Shown here: one piece after another, positions 17,942 to 20,000 of the stretch | Layout of the letters: every line of letters starts with the position of its first letter | How positions within the stretch are numbered: the first letter of the stretch is position 1 | From: an uncultured virus (IMG/VR IMGVR_UViG_3300027801_002629) | Taxonomy: Duplodnaviria; Heunggongvirae; Uroviricota; Caudoviricetes | Direction: 5' to 3' (one strand) | Length of the DNA: 20,000 bases | IMG/VR virus record: IMGVR_UViG_3300027801_002629 | Made by a program: the position numbers and the translations under genes | Notes under the pieces: model-generated | What the model was told of the DNA's origin: nothing | The model's database searches: none | What the model saw: the letters and a program-made list of their open reading frames with translations, nothing else

Positions 17942-18855
17942 TCTATTTCAATTCTAATATTTTTGTACCCACACACTATGTCTTTAACAAAATCTAGATT
18001 AATTTCTTCTCCAAGTTTCCCCAATAATGGTCTACCAATATATTTATGTTGAGGCTCAAGAGGATCATATCCATATTCAGATACATTATTATCCTTACAC
18101 CATTTCAGAAATTGTGGAAATTCTACATCTTTTTTATATGTTCTTTGATCAATTTCATTTCCCCAATCATCCTTATAGATATTAAATTCCGAAAATATTA
18201 AATAAACCTCGGAAAGAATATGAACTTGAGGTCTTACCATTTTTTCTTTTACAACATCCAGATCATTTGATTTAAAACATTCATGTAATCTTTTACCTAA
18301 TGTAGAATATCCTAACCGTAAATCTCCTATTTTTCCCCAGGTATAATCCCAATATGGATAAAGATCCGTAGAAAAAGATTGCTGATAGGGAATATCATGA
18401 TCAAAATTTACCTTGATTATATTGAAGTTTCTTGATCTTTCAAAATTATCTATTTCATGAATTAAATTATTTAATTGTAGTATCGATGCTTTATGATCTT
18501 CTGTTATTAATTCCCATTTCCATCCCCATATATCTTTAGCAAAACACCTATGAAAAGTTTGATGAAGTTCATTGAGAAAAGGTTCTGTAAGATCCTTAAT
18601 TTTTTCTGGTATATCTAGTGTAGTAACTTCGAAAGGAAGACTATCACAAATATTAGTTATTTGATCTAATGTTTCTTGGGGGGTATTACATTTAATATGA
18701 CTAAAATGTTTTATTTTCAAATTATTTTCAATTGAAGATAAGACCACTTTTTCCCAAAGTTCTGTTATTGGAGAGGGTATTATCTCATATGAAAAAACAT
18801 ATTCTTCGGCAGTACGTTGTGTTACAACTATATTATATCGCTTTATACTATTCAT
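17938..18855 (-). CDS. Hypothetical protein
   Basis: 305-aa ORF with an ATGA overlap. Conserved-looking LNELHQTFH, LNNLIHE and GDLRLGYSTLGK segments; function not recognised. Confidence 0.75.
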   Translation of the reverse strand: MNSIKRYNIVVTQRTAEEYVFSYEIIPSPITELWEKVVLSSIENNLKIKHFSHIKCNTPQETLDQITNICDSLPFEVTTLDIPEKIKDLTEPFLNELHQTFHRCFAKDIWGWKWELITEDHKASILQLNNLIHEIDNFERSRNFNIIKVNFDHDIPYQQSFSTDLYPYWDYTWGKIGDLRLGYSTLGKRLHECFKSNDLDVVKEKMVRPQVHILSEVYLIFSEFNIYKDDWGNEIDQRTYKKDVEFPQFLKWCKDNNVSEYGYDPLEPQHKYIGRPLLGKLGEEINLDFVKDIVCGYKNIRIEIE

Positions 18856-18856
18856 C

Positions 18857-19510
18857 TTAATTCAAAGTGTTCTTTATCTCTACAATTGTTTTTACTGGAT
18901 CATCCGACAGTGTTACACTTCTACCAATGATTATATAATCTGCACCAAGATCCTGTGCTTGTCTAGGATTTGTTGTTCTTGATTGTCCACTATTGTGAGA
19001 CTGAAAAGTAATGCCGGGACATATTCGTAACAAACCATCACATCTTGAATCTTGTGAAATATCTGAAATGTCTTGAGCACTACAAATGATACCAGCAAAT
19101 CCATATTTTCGTATTCGTTCAGTGTTTCTTCTCCACATATCATTTGGCATTTCTCTAGTAATTTGATATTGTTCTTGAGCATTCCAAGATGTTAGGTAGG
19201 TCACTCCTAGTAGTTTTATATCTTCTGAATATTGATGAAGACATTGAAATACTTCTTCGCTATTGAAGGTACTGACAGTGGTCATAGTCGCACCCTTCTC
19301 AAGAATCCTTTCTACAACGGAACATACAGTAGCAGGAGTATCCCAAAGTTTGAAATCTATGAAAAGTTCTCCCCCATAATTCTCAAACATAGAGGCGTTT
19401 TCAAGTAGAGTATGATTTATCTTAAAACCATCAACATAAGATCCGAGTAGAATCATTGACTCAAGAGCCTTATCAAACTTCATATTATCTAAAGCGATTA
19501 TGATTTGCAT
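18857..19510 (-). CDS. pyrF: Orotidine-5'-phosphate decarboxylase
   Basis: IIIALD, GFKI, DFKLWDTPATV (DxKxxD), GVTYLTS, GIICS, CPGI, QSR and GADYIIIGRSV. GAGGA RBS upstream. Confidence 0.93.
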   Translation of the reverse strand: MQIIIALDNMKFDKALESMILLGSYVDGFKINHTLLENASMFENYGGELFIDFKLWDTPATVCSVVERILEKGATMTTVSTFNSEEVFQCLHQYSEDIKLLGVTYLTSWNAQEQYQITREMPNDMWRRNTERIRKYGFAGIICSAQDISDISQDSRCDGLLRICPGITFQSHNSGQSRTTNPRQAQDLGADYIIIGRSVTLSDDPVKTIVEIKNTLN

Positions 19511-19540
19511 TTACACTTCCTCATTTGAATTAAAAGGCAT
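19511..19540 (-). CDS. 9-aa mini-ORF (MPFNSNEEV) abutting the pyrF start
   Basis: AAGGA-AAA-ATG CCT TTT AAT TCA AAT GAG GAA GTG TAA followed immediately by the pyrF ATG. May not be translated. Confidence 0.25.
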   Translation of the reverse strand: MPFNSNEEV

Positions 19541-19549
19541 TTTTCCTTT

Positions 19550-19648
19550 TCAAAATAATAACATAATCATGTTTAACGAACCATATCCTAAAAAACCACC
19601 AATAATAATACATAATGCCCATAATAGTAATTTATTAAAAAATTTCAT
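19550..19648 (-). CDS. Small single-pass membrane protein (32 aa)
   Basis: Not in the ORF track. MKFFNKLLLWALCIIIGGFLGYGSLNMIMLLF*, with an ATGA overlap on the upstream stop and AAGGAG just before it. Hydrophobic core. Confidence 0.6.
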   Translation of the reverse strand: MKFFNKLLLWALCIIIGGFLGYGSLNMIMLLF

Positions 19649-20000
19649 TTACTCCTTGAGATATAATGTTGACCTTCTTTTTTGATTTCTTCATTTTCAA
19701 TATAAGTGTCATCATTATAGCTCTGAGCCAATCTCCATTTAAGATATTCGTATGCAGAAATTGGTTCAAAATTGTCTGGTTGCTTTGTAAAGTTTTCTAT
19801 TATCACATCACGGCCGGGATCAACAAAATATGGCATCGAATATCTCGATTGTGTCATATCAGTATTTATTACCCTATGATTAGTAGATTTGAGAATTCCG
19901 TTTGACCATCTTGAAAACATATCTGCCACGTTTAGCACTATAGAATTTTCCACTACTGGAACATCTTCCCATTCGTCCGTTTCTTTGTTCTCTACTTGTA
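19645..20000 (-). CDS. Isopenicillin N synthase-family Fe(II)/2OG oxygenase (C-terminal part; starts beyond the window)
   Basis: Frame is open to the window end: QVENKETDEWEDVPVVENSIVLNVADMFSRWSNGILKSTNHRVI...RYSMPYFVDP, containing the distal His (HRV) and RxS of the IPNS/DIOX family. Confidence 0.9.
   Translation of the reverse strand, partial: QVENKETDEWEDVPVVENSIVLNVADMFSRWSNGILKSTNHRVINTDMTQSRYSMPYFVDPGRDVIIENFTKQPDNFEPISAYEYLKWRLAQSYNDDTYIENEEIKKEGQHYISRSK

Noticed and set aside
18931..19182. 83-aa minus-strand ORF
   Set aside because: Nested out of frame inside pyrF with no motif or RBS support.
19550..19648. RiPP precursor or TctB candidate
   Set aside because: A single hydrophobic helix of 32 aa with no leader/core pattern. 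It is too short for TctB and not adjacent to tctA.
239..19905. Short plus-strand ORFs (239..484, 4211..4417, 9091..9309, 11373..11594, 13197..13460, 14998..15336, 19500..19685, 19666..19905)
   Set aside because: All are antisense shadows of well-supported or coupled minus-strand genes and carry no recognisable motifs.
1..20000. Alternative genetic code (stop codon reassignment)
   Set aside because: TGA (e.g. 250, 1275), TAA (3361, 7859) and TAG (6211, 9405, 10844) all terminate genes at tight junctions, and coding density is already near complete under code 11.
1..20000. CRISPR arrays, tRNA/rRNA, IS elements, terminators, long repeats
   Set aside because: There is no intergenic space to hold them and none was seen by eye. 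Similarity between paralogs is mainly at protein-motif level.

Overview
A very AT-rich window in which about 24 genes lie head-to-tail on the minus strand with almost no intergenic DNA (many ATGA, TTGA and TAATG stop/start overlaps). The array runs off both ends. It is a dense cluster of tailoring enzymes: seven radical SAM-type genes (five with SPASM/twitch-type Cys domains, one of them truncated by the window edge, plus two B12-binding), four Fe(II)/2-oxoglutarate oxygenases, two paralogous GT-A glycosyltransferases, two paralogous SAM-methyltransferase-like proteins, two PP-loop proteins, a GNAT, a kinase-fold protein, a TctA/TctC transporter pair without TctB, and pyrF. Gene content and packing suggest the accessory modification island of a large aquatic phage, but this is inference: no structural or replication hallmark gene is present. 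Notable sequence-level signals are a ~10 kb internal block nearly devoid of GATC between GATC-rich flanks, an apparently domain-permuted radical SAM, a kinase lacking its catalytic Asp, a TctC with an altered carboxylate-binding motif, and unannotated in-frame mini-ORFs in front of pyrF. All product calls are from motif recognition by eye, not database searches.
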